Shown here one piece after another: positions 20,871 to 30,923 of a DNA stretch of 64,000 nt (within the stretch, counting starts at the first letter, position 1; every line of letters starts with the position of its first letter). The notes below the pieces were generated by a model. It searched no databases. It saw only the letters and a program-made list of their open reading frames with translations, and had not been told where the DNA came from. Source of the DNA: a virus; the IMG/VR virus record IMGVR_UViG_2915168811_000001; one strand, written 5' to 3'. The position numbers and the translations under genes are program-made.

Positions 20871-21289
20871 CCAGTGTCAGGTACGTGCATGCGCGCCGGG
20901 GAGGTGTCTGCGCGGGGGAATTTGCCCACCCGAACTGCATCGAGCCGGGTGACATCACGCGGGTGACCACACTCCTCCCCGGCGACGAAGCCGTGAGGAG
21001 TTTTGGAGCTCCCGCTTTCGCCCGGATGCGCGTCTGTCAGTGGTGCGTGATTAGCGACGCGATGCGCGATGCACAGCGCCACGGATCCGGGCTGCTGGAG
21101 TTCCGCGACAGGCAGGGCGACGTGTGGACGTTCGGCCCCGACGGGCTGCTGCACACGCGAGAAACCCAGCCGTTCTCGTTCGAGCATGTGCAAAGGAAGT
21201 GGGGCCCACTGAGAGTTATTGACCCACGCGCAGCGTTGCGCCGCCCGCAGAATGACACCACTAATGCACAAGAGAAAGCTGTCCGATGA
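20867..21289 (+). CDS. Phage-type hypothetical protein
   Basis: GTGA overlap; DRQGDVW...WGPL C-terminal module. Confidence 0.6.
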   Translation: MTSVRYVHARRGGVCAGEFAHPNCIEPGDITRVTTLLPGDEAVRSFGAPAFARMRVCQWCVISDAMRDAQRHGSGLLEFRDRQGDVWTFGPDGLLHTRETQPFSFEHVQRKWGPLRVIDPRAALRRPQNDTTNAQEKAVR

Positions 21290-21774
21290 GTGAAATCAAC
21301 GCCGCAGAACTTCGAGCGAAAGCCGAAGTAGCCACCCCGGGCCCATGGATAGTCCAGGGGCACGAGATTGTCTCTCGAGCCGACGTCCCTTCCACCTCTC
21401 TGCAGTGGCCGTGGGTTGCCGATGTTGACGGACCGTTCGAGGACGCCGCATTCATTGCCGCCGCGAACCCTCTGGTTGTCATCGCCCTGCTGGACGATCG
21501 CGACCGTCTCGCCGGCGACCTGCGGACAGCGCGGCGCCAGCGGGATGAGGAGAGCGAAGCGAAGTCCGGAAACATTCGGGCGTTGAACAGAGCACTCACC
21601 GAACGCGACGCGGCACTCGGGCACGTGGAAGCGGCGTTGGAGCTACATCAGCCATGCCTGGGCTGCGCTGTCGCGCACTGCTTCGAATGCGGCACCGATT
21701 ATCCGTGCAGAACCGCGAAAGCTCTCGGGCTGACGCCAGAACAGAAAGGAGCTCGCGATGAGCCTGCAAGCTGA
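21286..21774 (+). CDS. Ead/Ea22-like phage protein
   Basis: ELRAKAEVATPGPW...DAAFIAAANP. Confidence 0.75.
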   Translation: MSEINAAELRAKAEVATPGPWIVQGHEIVSRADVPSTSLQWPWVADVDGPFEDAAFIAAANPLVVIALLDDRDRLAGDLRTARRQRDEESEAKSGNIRALNRALTERDAALGHVEAALELHQPCLGCAVAHCFECGTDYPCRTAKALGLTPEQKGARDEPAS

Positions 21775-22276
21775 AACATTCTTCGCCGTAAAGTGCGACT
21801 TCCCCGAATGCGGGGATCTGTACGACGGTGGCGAGTACACCTACTTCGCTGACGGGCCCGACGCCGGACTCCTGGACGAGGCCGGCTGGCTGTACGACGA
21901 AAGCACGGACGCCGCCTTCTGCTCAGAACACACGATGACGATCGAATGCCCTCCAGAGGGCTTTGTCACGGATCCGTTCGGCGACAGGTACTGCCAGTGG
22001 TGCGAAGACCATGGCGGCGACGGTCACCTCGTACCGATGCCTGACACGTGGGAGAACCGCCTGAAATGCGCGCTCGACCGGGTCACTCGAGGTGCGCACC
22101 AGGAGCTGGACCGGCTCGAGCGAAAGCTCACCGATCAGCACGGACCGCTCGGCCGTTACGGTTCAAAAGCGCGCGCGATCGACGCCGAACTCACCGCGAT
22201 CTGGGAGCGCACCTGCCGGGATTGGAAACCCGACATCACCGCCCAGGGACTCTTCGAACTTAGGAGCGCCGCGTGA
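21758..22276 (+). CDS. Cys-rich hypothetical protein
   Basis: CDFPEC, CSEH, CQWC motifs; AAGGAG RBS. Confidence 0.65.
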   Translation: MSLQAETFFAVKCDFPECGDLYDGGEYTYFADGPDAGLLDEAGWLYDESTDAAFCSEHTMTIECPPEGFVTDPFGDRYCQWCEDHGGDGHLVPMPDTWENRLKCALDRVTRGAHQELDRLERKLTDQHGPLGRYGSKARAIDAELTAIWERTCRDWKPDITAQGLFELRSAA

Positions 22277-22518
22277 GCGCCGCACAGCGGGCTGTGGACG
22301 CGCTCGCCCAGTACGACCGCTAGGCCGCGTCAGGCCTCGGCACCAATCACACGGAGGACATGCTGGCGTCCGCGCTGCGCGCGATGCTCGCCGACACCCC
22401 GTCTGGCCGCGCCGCCGTCGTGACGAGCATCCGAAACGCCACCGACCTCTCGAAAGTCGAAGCCGAGGCGCTTGCTCAGCACCTCGAAGTGGATGGGATC
22501 GGCTTGCTGCCGCAGTAG
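22273..22518 (+). pseudogene. Small ORF with internal TAG
   Basis: GTGA-coupled start; in-frame TAG at 22321; frame continues to TAG 22516 just before element copy 22540. Confidence 0.5.
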
Positions 22519-22617
22519 GCCGTCAGTGCTGCGCGTCTGCCGCGCATCACTGTACGAAGACAGCTGGGGTCAAGACGCCAACCTGTGCGCCTTCAGCGAC
22601 CAAGAAAGCAGGATCCA

Positions 22618-23013
22618 ATGGGATACGCAACATACGAAGATCGTCCGGCCGGCAAGCTCGGCGTCGAGCGCTGGGCTGGATACGCCGTGCCTGCGGTCTG
22701 CGACGTGCCGTCATGCGAGAACGTGATCAACCGCGGCATGGATTATCGCTGCGAGGAGTTCGTGACCTACGGGGAGGAAGACCCCGTCACCTTCGAGGAG
22801 CCGGAGATCGTCCGTCCGGGCTGCCAGCTGCATTTCTGTGACGCGCATCAGGAGCACTCCGTGCACGGTGACGGCGTGACGCCGAAGCCGGACACTGATG
22901 AGTGGGTGCGGTATCTGCTCTCCGACCCCGAAGCGAGCGTGTGGCGGTATGAGAATCCGGACCGCGTGGCGAAGCTGCAGGCGAGGATTGACGCAGCTGG
23001 GGCAGCTCAGTGA
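22618..23013 (+). CDS. Phage-type Cys/His-rich hypothetical protein
   Basis: MGY...AGYAVPAVCDVPSC...GCQLHFC. Confidence 0.7.
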   Translation: MGYATYEDRPAGKLGVERWAGYAVPAVCDVPSCENVINRGMDYRCEEFVTYGEEDPVTFEEPEIVRPGCQLHFCDAHQEHSVHGDGVTPKPDTDEWVRYLLSDPEASVWRYENPDRVAKLQARIDAAGAAQ

Positions 23014-23381
23014 ACGCGCCGACTTCATTGCGGGAAGTAACCCCGAAGTCAGTGTTCGGTGAAGCTCGCGCCTGGATCGAACGACTTGAGAGGGACGCAC
23101 ACTACGCCCGCACCCCTGAGATCCGTGCCGAGAAGCAAGAGAGCATTTCGATTCTTCGCGGACTTCTGGAATCCTCGACCGCTGGTTCGTACGCTCCTGT
23201 GCAGCTGCCCACCCGTGAGCAGCAGATCGATGCCGGCGCACGGGCCCTGCATCGCTACGGCCAGTACGTCACGCCGTACGAAGCGCTGGAGCTGCATCAC
23301 GAGGCCTGGCGCACCCAGGCGGCATGCGTGCTCGATGCGGTCGCCGCCCTTCCCGCTGGAATGAACGGAGCCGCCTCTTGA
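23010..23381 (+). CDS. Hypothetical protein
   Basis: GTGA overlap chain. Confidence 0.6.
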   Translation: MNAPTSLREVTPKSVFGEARAWIERLERDAHYARTPEIRAEKQESISILRGLLESSTAGSYAPVQLPTREQQIDAGARALHRYGQYVTPYEALELHHEAWRTQAACVLDAVAALPAGMNGAAS

Positions 23382-23695
23382 ACGAACAGAAGGCCACTGA
23401 GGCTGCACAGCCTGACGGCTACACGCCGACCACCCAGGAGGTCGAGGCCCACTGGGCTGACGTCGGTTTCGCGGGTGATCGTGCGTCGTTCCGGCGCTGG
23501 CTGGACGCGCGTGACGCCGAGGTGACTGCGGATGCGTTGGAGCTCGCCGCAGATCGTCTGGATGTGCGTCACGACGAGGATCAGCGCGAGACCCGACTGG
23601 CATTCAACCGCGGCGTCGACGCGACGAGGAACGCACTGCGCGAGCTTGCTGGACGTACGGCACCCACAATGCCGGGGAAGGTAAGCCAGCGATGA
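23378..23695 (+). CDS. Hypothetical protein
   Basis: TTGA overlap; YTPTT...FRRWL..RDAEV phage-type module. Confidence 0.6.
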   Translation: MNEQKATEAAQPDGYTPTTQEVEAHWADVGFAGDRASFRRWLDARDAEVTADALELAADRLDVRHDEDQRETRLAFNRGVDATRNALRELAGRTAPTMPGKVSQR

Positions 23696-24383
23696 ACGAG
23701 CCAGGAGAGTCCCGCGTGGAACTGATCGCTGAAGCAGAGATTGTGAACGCTGACCTCAAGCTGAACGTGCTCGGGGTGAGACTTCCGATCCTCGACAAGA
23801 TGATTGAAGCGGTGAGCGATCCGTGCACCCACTTCGGTGCGCACAAGGCCGCAATGCCGACCGTTGAACAAGTGGAGCGGGCTGCGGTCGCCCTGCATGC
23901 AGCGACGAGGAAAACCCTTTGGAGCAGCCAAAACTTGGCCTACCAATCGAGTATTCGAATGCAGGCGCGCGCGGCGCTCATCGCTGGCGCCCCTACGGCT
24001 GACGCAACACCGGCTGTTTCTGAGGACCACACCCCTGACCGCGCTGAGCTCTCCACTTTCCTGACGGATCGGATCGCGGAATGGGAGGCCACTGCCCGTC
24101 GGCCGCTGTCAGACCTCGGCGTATTCCTGTCGAACGGGCTTTCAGAATGGCTACGACTGCACGCCGCGACCCCAGACATCGTCTCGATCCCCGCCCGGTC
24201 GTCCCGCACGGCCCTGGCGACGTCCCGGAGAACCTCGCGACCGCGCATTACTTCCGACAGGTCATCAAGAAGATCGACAGCAAACATGCGGTCGTCGGCG
24301 GCTCGAACGTGACTGCGACGGTTCGCAAACTGCTCGCAGACACTGCAGCGGCACTGGAAGCCATTGACGGAGGAGAAAAATAG
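23692..24383 (+). pseudogene. Hypothetical protein, probable frameshift near 24190 (or two fused ORFs)
   Basis: Protein-like sequence switches frame at ATCCCCGCCC to PVVPHGPGDVPENL...GGEK*, whose stop abuts the next start. Confidence 0.45.
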
Positions 24384-24868
24384 TGAGTGGAATGTCGAAA
24401 ATCAACGCCGACATCGAGCGGTATCGAGAAGGCTACGGCGACATTTCTTTGGCGATTCAAGCGCTGGAAGGACGCCTTGCGGACGCTCTCGCATCAGCTA
24501 CTCACTCACCAGAGCAGGGCGAGGCGAGCGCAGCGATAGAGCGCGTGCGAGCGCTGGCCTGCAAGCACCGCAGCGTGGAGCAGCACAACGAAACGGTGCC
24601 ACTGAGTGACATTGGTGACCTGATCGGGGAGCCATCATCTGCGGAATACTTCGCGGCGCTCGACGGGGCACCCGAGGCCGAATGGGAGTACGGATTTCGC
24701 GGCAGGTACGCAGTTATGCATCCCACCAAAGCGGGTCAGCGCATCGAAACACCCGAGATAACTCAACGAACACCCGACAACTGGTTGCCGGAGATGGGAG
24801 AAATCTACCGCCGCCGCCCGAGCACCCCGGCTGGCCCATGGCTTCCAGCAGCAGGAGAGAGCGAATGA
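24383..24868 (+). CDS. Hypothetical protein
   Basis: EWEYG...RRR...GPWLP phage-type module. Confidence 0.6.
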   Translation: MSGMSKINADIERYREGYGDISLAIQALEGRLADALASATHSPEQGEASAAIERVRALACKHRSVEQHNETVPLSDIGDLIGEPSSAEYFAALDGAPEAEWEYGFRGRYAVMHPTKAGQRIETPEITQRTPDNWLPEMGEIYRRRPSTPAGPWLPAAGESE

Positions 24869-25443
24869 CGAACCAATTCACTGACGAGCAGGTAGAGGCT
24901 GCATATCGAGTCAATGCGGAGGTTCACTTTGACCTTTCGCTGGCTGCCGCTGACACGGGAGAGGCTGGTGGTGGGAGGGCAAGAGGCCTTCAAGCCATGC
25001 GCGCCGCTCTCGAAGCCACTGCGGGTGCCGCCCCACAAGCAGGGAGCGGGGAGCGCCTGGAGGACGCAATCAACGCCTACATTCGAGAAGTGTCCGATGT
25101 CCCATTTCGACTATCGGTAATCGAAAACTGGAATGAGCACGTTCGAGGGATACGTGCAGCTCTAGCTACCCCGGTGCAGCCGTCGAGCGCACCAGGCCAG
25201 CTCACGCGAAAGTTTGACAGTGGGCGATGGGCGATGCTCAACGAGGCGGGCGTGATTGTCGGCTACTACACGCCGCCGGTGCGGCCGTCGAGTGCTGTTG
25301 ACGAGGGGAAGCTCTCCGAGGTTCTTGAAGTGCATCGTTACCAGGGCATGGGCGACTGCGCCTGCGGTGAGGTCGTTCAAGACGATCATCGCGAGCATGT
25401 CGCGCGCGCGGTGGCTGAGTGGCTGCGAGGTCAGAGCCGATGA
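24865..25443 (+). CDS. Phage-type mosaic hypothetical protein
   Basis: ATGA overlap, AGGAG RBS; SAVDEGKL module. Confidence 0.65.
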   Translation: MTNQFTDEQVEAAYRVNAEVHFDLSLAAADTGEAGGGRARGLQAMRAALEATAGAAPQAGSGERLEDAINAYIREVSDVPFRLSVIENWNEHVRGIRAALATPVQPSSAPGQLTRKFDSGRWAMLNEAGVIVGYYTPPVRPSSAVDEGKLSEVLEVHRYQGMGDCACGEVVQDDHREHVARAVAEWLRGQSR

Positions 25444-25802
25444 GCACCAAGGGAAGATTCGACCCGGAGGAAGGCGTCCCGTACGGCCGCTGCCTCAGCT
25501 GCGAAGGCGAAGTGCTGTTCGCCTCCAAGGAGGCCGCCAGTGAGCACATGAGCGCGACGTTCGAGGAGGCGCAGAAGGCCGGCGGGCGAAGCGGTCACCG
25601 AATTTCTGTGCTGAACCAGACGCGGGAGATGCGCATCCAGTCCGAGATCGACGACATCGTAGACAAGGCGATGATCGACGTGATGGACGACGCTCTGCGT
25701 CTGATCGGCGACGCGACCGAGGAGGAAATCACGAAGGCGTTCCGCCATGCAACCGCTGACTTCTCTGACGCCTGGTACGAAGCACTGGAGGAGAACCGAT
25801 GA
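25440..25802 (+). CDS. Hypothetical protein
   Basis: ATGA overlap; CLSC. Confidence 0.65.
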   Translation: MSTKGRFDPEEGVPYGRCLSCEGEVLFASKEAASEHMSATFEEAQKAGGRSGHRISVLNQTREMRIQSEIDDIVDKAMIDVMDDALRLIGDATEEEITKAFRHATADFSDAWYEALEENR

Positions 25803-25966
25803 GCAAACGCAAGCAGCTCGCCGAGGCGAACGCCGTCGTGGCGAAAGCTGCGACCGACTTCATCCGTGAGGTCGAATGCCCGGCGCCGGACCTGGTCTAC
25901 CGGGCGGCATTACGCGACCGTCTGGCGTCCGCGGTGCACGAGCTCGAGGAGGTGCAGCGTGGCTGA
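25799..25966 (+). CDS. Small hypothetical protein (55 aa)
   Basis: GGAGGAG RBS and ATGA overlap; MSKRKQLAEAN... Confidence 0.55.
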   Translation: MSKRKQLAEANAVVAKAATDFIREVECPAPDLVYRAALRDRLASAVHELEEVQRG

Positions 25967-26504
25967 GTCGGCACTCCGCTCGGACGTCCCCGAACCGTGC
26001 GTGATGACGCACACTCCCCCGTTCGACTTCGCGGTGTGCGAGACGCACGACGAGACGTTCCCGGTCGGCGGCGTCTGTAAGTGGCACGGCAGGACGTCGA
26101 TCGCCGATGTGCTGCAGGACGAGGTCGACGCCCAGCGGGCCCGGGCGGTATTCGCAGAGGAGGCCCGCGAGCGCGCCGAGCAAGAACTGCGCGCGGCGCG
26201 GCTGGCGGAAGATGTAGTGATCGCGATGGCGCGTGATGTCATTGCCGGCGCTCGGCTGAACACGCACTATGCCGGGTGCGAGGAGGTCCATGTGGCCTGC
26301 TTTGCCGCGCGAGTGGCGGAGGCGCTCTGCGCGGAACCGGACCTGCGGCCCCACAGCCCAATGCTCCTGCCCGACCAAATCCAGGTGTGCAGCGACTGCG
26401 TGAACTCAGAAGGCCATCTGATTGCGTATGAGCAGGCGCACCCAGTGAGAATGCTGCTGACGGCGCACAGCGACACCGAAGGAGGGCGCGATGGCGTTCA
26501 ATAA
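25959..26504 (+). CDS. Cys/His-rich hypothetical protein
   Basis: GGAGG RBS before GTG. Confidence 0.6.
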   Translation: MAESALRSDVPEPCVMTHTPPFDFAVCETHDETFPVGGVCKWHGRTSIADVLQDEVDAQRARAVFAEEARERAEQELRAARLAEDVVIAMARDVIAGARLNTHYAGCEEVHVACFAARVAEALCAEPDLRPHSPMLLPDQIQVCSDCVNSEGHLIAYEQAHPVRMLLTAHSDTEGGRDGVQ

Positions 26505-26721
26505 TCGCGTCGTTCACGCGCGCTGCGGCGACGGCGAGGTCGTTCGATACGACCGAACCGGGAAGTACTACCTGGAGAACGAGTTGGAGCGACGCCGTGT
26601 CACGCTCGCTGAGGCTGTGGAGTTCGCCGTCCAGCCTGGCGTGGTTGTGCTGCTCGGACGGTACGGCGGCACACGCTTCGACGCTGAGGTGCGCAAGCGC
26701 CGGGCCAGAGGGCGCACATGA
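26491..26721 (+). CDS. Small hypothetical protein
   Basis: AAGGAGG RBS; VVRYDRTGKYY. Confidence 0.65.
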   Translation: MAFNNRVVHARCGDGEVVRYDRTGKYYLENELERRRVTLAEAVEFAVQPGVVVLLGRYGGTRFDAEVRKRRARGRT

Positions 26722-26954
26722 GCCGCCGCTGGCTGATCCCGTACCGGCTGTACCGCTGGGCCGGGGATCGCTTCATGGGGAAGTTTCTCGTCTACGGGTT
26801 CAAGCGAGAGATCGACCGGGGTGACCTGCATGAGGCGAATCATCTCGCCGCCGGCGTGCAGCTCATCAACTCGACGCCTTGCAGCCAAGGTGAGCTGTGC
26901 ACGCTCCACCTTCCCGTGCGGCCGGTGCTCGGCGGCGAGGACCCCCGCCGGTAG
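26718..26954 (+). CDS. Small hypothetical protein
   Basis: ATGA overlap. Confidence 0.5.
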   Translation: MSRRWLIPYRLYRWAGDRFMGKFLVYGFKREIDRGDLHEANHLAAGVQLINSTPCSQGELCTLHLPVRPVLGGEDPRR

Positions 26955-27014
26955 CCGACCGCCTGTCGGCGGCACCCGGTACGCTGGCATTCGAACGATC
27001 GAGAGGTGGACTCC

Positions 27015-27449
27015 ATGGCGACCACGGAAACTGAACTGCACGCCGGCCTTCGTGCATGGGCGGACGGGGACCGCACCCGGGTCGCCGCCGTCGAGCTGCT
27101 GATCCGGAACGGCCGCGCGATCTACCTCCGCGCGCCGTGGCTCACCGTGCACGATGGAGGAAATGTCTCCGTCGACGCCGCGGCGCTTCGCGACGGCACC
27201 GGCGCATACTCGAGCGGTGAGCTGGCTGTCATCGACATTGCCGTCTCGCTGCTCGGCGGGGAGCCTGTCGATCTCTCGGAGGCGCTCCCCCGTCTCGAGC
27301 ATGCCGCCGCCGAGCTCGTCATCGCAACAGTCAGCACCGCTGCAGGATTCGACCGGCCGACGACGTCGGTGCAGATGGTCGACGGCGGCCCCCGCCGAGT
27401 CAACCTGCCAGTGCTGGCGACGTGGCCGGCTGAGGTCGCACCCGCCTGA
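27015..27449 (+). CDS. Hypothetical protein
   Basis: GAGG RBS; LRAWA..AAVELL..SSGE. Confidence 0.7.
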   Translation: MATTETELHAGLRAWADGDRTRVAAVELLIRNGRAIYLRAPWLTVHDGGNVSVDAAALRDGTGAYSSGELAVIDIAVSLLGGEPVDLSEALPRLEHAAAELVIATVSTAAGFDRPTTSVQMVDGGPRRVNLPVLATWPAEVAPA

Positions 27450-27502
27450 CCGCGCATCACTGCAGGTGAAAGCCGGATGTGCCGGCGGAATCTGGAGTGG
27501 TC

Positions 27503-28156
27503 ATGCACGTCGCCGATCATCAGTGGCTGCTGAAGCTGGACCGGTTCGAGTCATTCGTTGCTGAGCATGGGCAAAACCCGAAGCAGCGTGACAGCGACGG
27601 CCAGCGTCCCCATCTCGGCTCCTGGGTTCATGGTCTCCGCCAGGGGCATTCCCTCAGCCCTGAACGCGTGCAGCTTCTGAACGAACGAATCCCCGAATGG
27701 GGTGCGTCGAGCGGATGGCCTGATGACTTCGAGGGGAATCTGCGCCGCCTACTCGCGTTCATCGACGAGCGCGGGCATCTGCCCGGCTGCACCGACACCG
27801 ATTGGGAAGACGCCATTCACCTTGGCGCTTGGCTCGCACGCCAGCGGATCCACGCGAATCTCGCACACGACCGGGAGCGCGCCCTCAACGAAGCGGTCCC
27901 GAGCTGGCGCGGGATCGATCTGAACTTCTTCGACGAGGATGTTGAATGCCTCGCGAAGTTCACTGCGGAAATGGGACGCACTCCCACCGCTTTCGAACAC
28001 GGGGAGCAGTTCCGGCCCGTATTCGGAAGCGGGCGATCCCGGAGCGATCGCACCTCCCACATCGGCCCGTGGCTGTCGCAGATACGCCGAATCCAGCTGA
28101 CTGCAGAGCAGCGCGCGAAACTTGACCGCGCGGCCCCAGGCTGGGGCTTGACGTAG
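27503..28156 (+). CDS. Helicase-associated (HA) repeat protein
   Basis: Three F...G..P....LG.W...R repeats. Confidence 0.75.
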   Translation: MHVADHQWLLKLDRFESFVAEHGQNPKQRDSDGQRPHLGSWVHGLRQGHSLSPERVQLLNERIPEWGASSGWPDDFEGNLRRLLAFIDERGHLPGCTDTDWEDAIHLGAWLARQRIHANLAHDRERALNEAVPSWRGIDLNFFDEDVECLAKFTAEMGRTPTAFEHGEQFRPVFGSGRSRSDRTSHIGPWLSQIRRIQLTAEQRAKLDRAAPGWGLT

Positions 28157-28377
28157 CGAATCGGATCGGTAGGTCGCCTCGTCGACATGCCGGCGCTGGC
28201 TACCAGTACGGCTACCGCAGAAAGCAACGCCTTGACCGGAAGGGCGCAGCCAAGAGCGCTATTCGCCGTTGCGCGCCACCCACGCTTCATAGCCTTCGCA
28301 GGCCGGAGCTCCGGGAACCGGTTCCGAATGCCTCGCCGGCGCCGACGACTGCATGTTTCCCGCGTTCTAGCCTCGCC

Positions 28378-28563
28378 CTACTCAACCTTTGCTGAGGATG
28401 GGGTTACCAGTCCCCCGCAGAGCGGGCAGGGCTCGGCGACCTGACCGCCAATGTTGACCGGTCGCAGCACGAAGAGGTTGAACACTGGCTGACCTTCGCC
28501 CGTCAGACGGTGCGACTCCGTTGCGCCGCAACCCCTGCACTTGAGAGTGAATTCCGTGGCCAT
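28378..28563 (-). CDS. Small Zn-finger protein (leaderless)
   Basis: CRGC...CPLC; TACCCT 6 nt before ATG. Confidence 0.55.
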   Translation of the reverse strand: MATEFTLKCRGCGATESHRLTGEGQPVFNLFVLRPVNIGGQVAEPCPLCGGLVTPSSAKVE

Positions 28564-28636
28564 GCCCCCAGGGTAACTGCGACCGCGCATCACTTCAGGT
28601 GAAGGCTGAACAATCGGCCTCGAAAGGATTCGAACT

Positions 28637-29131
28637 ATGTGCACGGTGAACGCTGTTCCCTGCGAAAGCTCCACGACGGTGACGCTGAACTTTGAGCAAG
28701 ACGAGCTGCTTGCCAGTATTCGGCCCGGATTCGCACCGGTTGAGGTTCAACGAATTGATTTCATCTACAAAACCGATGGCAGCGGGAAGAGCCATTGGAT
28801 GAAATCCCGAATTAGCTACCGAGACCCGAATGACGGCAGCGAGAGGATCAACAGCAGGTGTTACCGGATCACCGGCAGCCGGATTTCAACGTCACACCGT
28901 AGGGATCTCGACCCGTCAATCCTCCGCCTTCAGCACGAACACATGCCGGGAAAGTTCCGCCAGGCGGCGGTGTTATCTGTCGCCGGCATCTCCGAAGCGA
29001 TGGTTCATGAGGGAGCCTATGCGCTAGCAGGAAGCCAGGAGTTGTTCTCCTCTGAGACGAGCGCCCAACAGAGAACCCTCCTCGACGGAGTTCGAGCTGT
29101 ACTTGTCGCAGTGCACGGTGCCACGATATGA
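28637..29131 (+). CDS. Hypothetical protein
   Basis: After element copy 28583, AAAGGA RBS. Confidence 0.65.
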   Translation: MCTVNAVPCESSTTVTLNFEQDELLASIRPGFAPVEVQRIDFIYKTDGSGKSHWMKSRISYRDPNDGSERINSRCYRITGSRISTSHRRDLDPSILRLQHEHMPGKFRQAAVLSVAGISEAMVHEGAYALAGSQELFSSETSAQQRTLLDGVRAVLVAVHGATI

Positions 29132-29679
29132 CCGGGCCTCGCGCCGACGTCGCCTCATGGGAGGACACGTTCATGGCGATGGCTCAGGTCGTGAAGCTGC
29201 GATCGAAGGACCCCAGCACACAGGTTGGAGCCGTCCTGGTGTCGGCCGACAATCGGGTGCTGTCGCTGGGCTACAACGGCGCACCGAACGGCTTCGACGA
29301 CTCCGCCTTCCCGTGGGGGAAGGACTCGGACGACCCGCTCGAGACGAAATTCCCGTACGTGATCCACGCGGAACGCAACGCTGTCTTGAACTTCCGCGGA
29401 TCCCTGCGCGAGCTCGCCGGCGCCACCGCCTTCGTGACGCATTTCCCATGCAACGAATGCGCGAAGGAGCTGATCCAGGTCGGAGTCCGGCGCGTCATCT
29501 ATGCGGAGCCGTACCGTTCAACGGTCGGCCTCACCGAAGCGTCCATTCGCATGTTCGACCAGGTCGGCGTCGAACATGAACAGCACGGGCAAGGACGGGT
29601 GGAGGGCGCGCCCGAACAGTTAGCGCCCGTGCCGCGCATCACTGGAACCGAGGCTGCACCGCGCCGCCGCGAAGGGTGA
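29128..29679 (+). CDS. dCMP deaminase (ComEB-like)
   Basis: SKDPSTQVGA, GYNG, HAERNA, PCNECAK. Confidence 0.92.
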   Translation: MTGPRADVASWEDTFMAMAQVVKLRSKDPSTQVGAVLVSADNRVLSLGYNGAPNGFDDSAFPWGKDSDDPLETKFPYVIHAERNAVLNFRGSLRELAGATAFVTHFPCNECAKELIQVGVRRVIYAEPYRSTVGLTEASIRMFDQVGVEHEQHGQGRVEGAPEQLAPVPRITGTEAAPRRREG

Positions 29680-29681
29680 GC

Positions 29682-30149
29682 ATGATGAACAACCCCATTG
29701 CCGGTTTCAGCGGCGAGCACCGTTTTCTGTCGAACTTCTGGCCGGTCCCCGGAGGTGTGGTGTTCGGCCACATGTACGGGCCGACGACCGAGCACGTGTA
29801 CCAGGCGGCGAAGACACTGAACCCGTCAGCAAGACTGCGCATCCTCAGCTGCGAGACTCCGGGCGCCGCGAAGAGGTACGGCCAAGAGCTGGCGACCATT
29901 CGCCCCGACTGGGACTCTGTGAAGCTCGGCGTCATGGCGTCGCTCACGAAGGCGAAGTTCTCCCATCCGGAGCTCGCCGATCTGCTTGCGGCGACCGGTG
30001 ACGCCGAAATCATCGAAGGCAACCACTGGTGTGACACCTTCTGGGGCGTGTGCAGCTGCGACACCCATGAGGGTGCCGGCCAGAACTGGCTCGGCAAGAT
30101 CCTGATGATCGAACGGAGTCAGCGCCTCGCCGCGCATCACTACGTGTGA
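29682..30149 (+). CDS. NADAR family protein
   Basis: FLSNF, TTEHVYQAAK, KFSHPEL..LLATG, FWG, GQNWLGKILM. Confidence 0.92.
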   Translation: MMNNPIAGFSGEHRFLSNFWPVPGGVVFGHMYGPTTEHVYQAAKTLNPSARLRILSCETPGAAKRYGQELATIRPDWDSVKLGVMASLTKAKFSHPELADLLAATGDAEIIEGNHWCDTFWGVCSCDTHEGAGQNWLGKILMIERSQRLAAHHYV

Positions 30150-30181
30150 GGCCGAGGATTGGCCGACGACCGAGGAGCTCC

Positions 30182-30499
30182 ATGTACACCGTCACCACCA
30201 CCACCCGCGCCGTTGAGCGCCTCACCGTAGCGCTCACCTATGAGCCGCGGGAAATGATGCTGCGCAACGCAGCCGGGGTGGAGTGCTCGATCGACCACAT
30301 TCTGATCGCATTCGAGCGAAGCGGCGACGACACCTGGGGCGACCCCGCCACGGTCGAGGTCATCTACCGAGCCGAGGACCATCTGACCGGAAAGCTCGGC
30401 CACTCCCACACCGGCGACCCCAACATGTTCGCGAACCCCGCACTCTTCGCCCGCATGGTGGAAGCCCATCGCCCGACTCTGGTCACCGACCGCGCATAA
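30182..30499 (+). CDS. Hypothetical protein
   Basis: Bracketed by element copies 30130 and 30490. Confidence 0.7.
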   Translation: MYTVTTTTRAVERLTVALTYEPREMMLRNAAGVECSIDHILIAFERSGDDTWGDPATVEVIYRAEDHLTGKLGHSHTGDPNMFANPALFARMVEAHRPTLVTDRA

Positions 30500-30542
30500 C
30501 TACAGCTGAGGACGCACCCTGCGTTCAACAGAGGAGACTTCC

Positions 30543-30923
30543 GTGCCCAGTTCCCCGTCCAAAAATCGTGTGCTCGCAGCACTGAATGCTCACCAGCGAC
30601 TCGACCACGAGCAGTGCGGCGTCACGGGCGAGCACCAGCCCTCGCACAGCCTTGACGACTGGACGCCGAACACCGTGGACAAGATGCGCGCGGCCATAGC
30701 GGCTGCGGACGAGGCCATGCCTGAGCCGGTAGTGAGCATGGTCCGCTTCCACCAGAGCTACATGGGCTTGCCAGACCTCTGGCATGTCTCCTGTAAAGAC
30801 CATCCCGAGTTCGGGACTTGCGCCGAGAGTGGGCAGGCTCGCCAAGATCTTGAAGAGCACGTCGCGTCGGCACACGCCGGCACGCCTGACGGCGTGAATG
30901 CTGGCGCAGGCGTCCATGTCTGA
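30543..30923 (+). CDS. Hypothetical protein
   Basis: GAGGAG RBS of element copy 30490. Confidence 0.65.
   Translation: MPSSPSKNRVLAALNAHQRLDHEQCGVTGEHQPSHSLDDWTPNTVDKMRAAIAAADEAMPEPVVSMVRFHQSYMGLPDLWHVSCKDHPEFGTCAESGQARQDLEEHVASAHAGTPDGVNAGAGVHV

Noticed and set aside
24241-24252. CCGCGCATTACT as another element copy
   Set aside because: Lies inside coding sequence with no GTGAGG, hairpin, RBS or start at the expected distance
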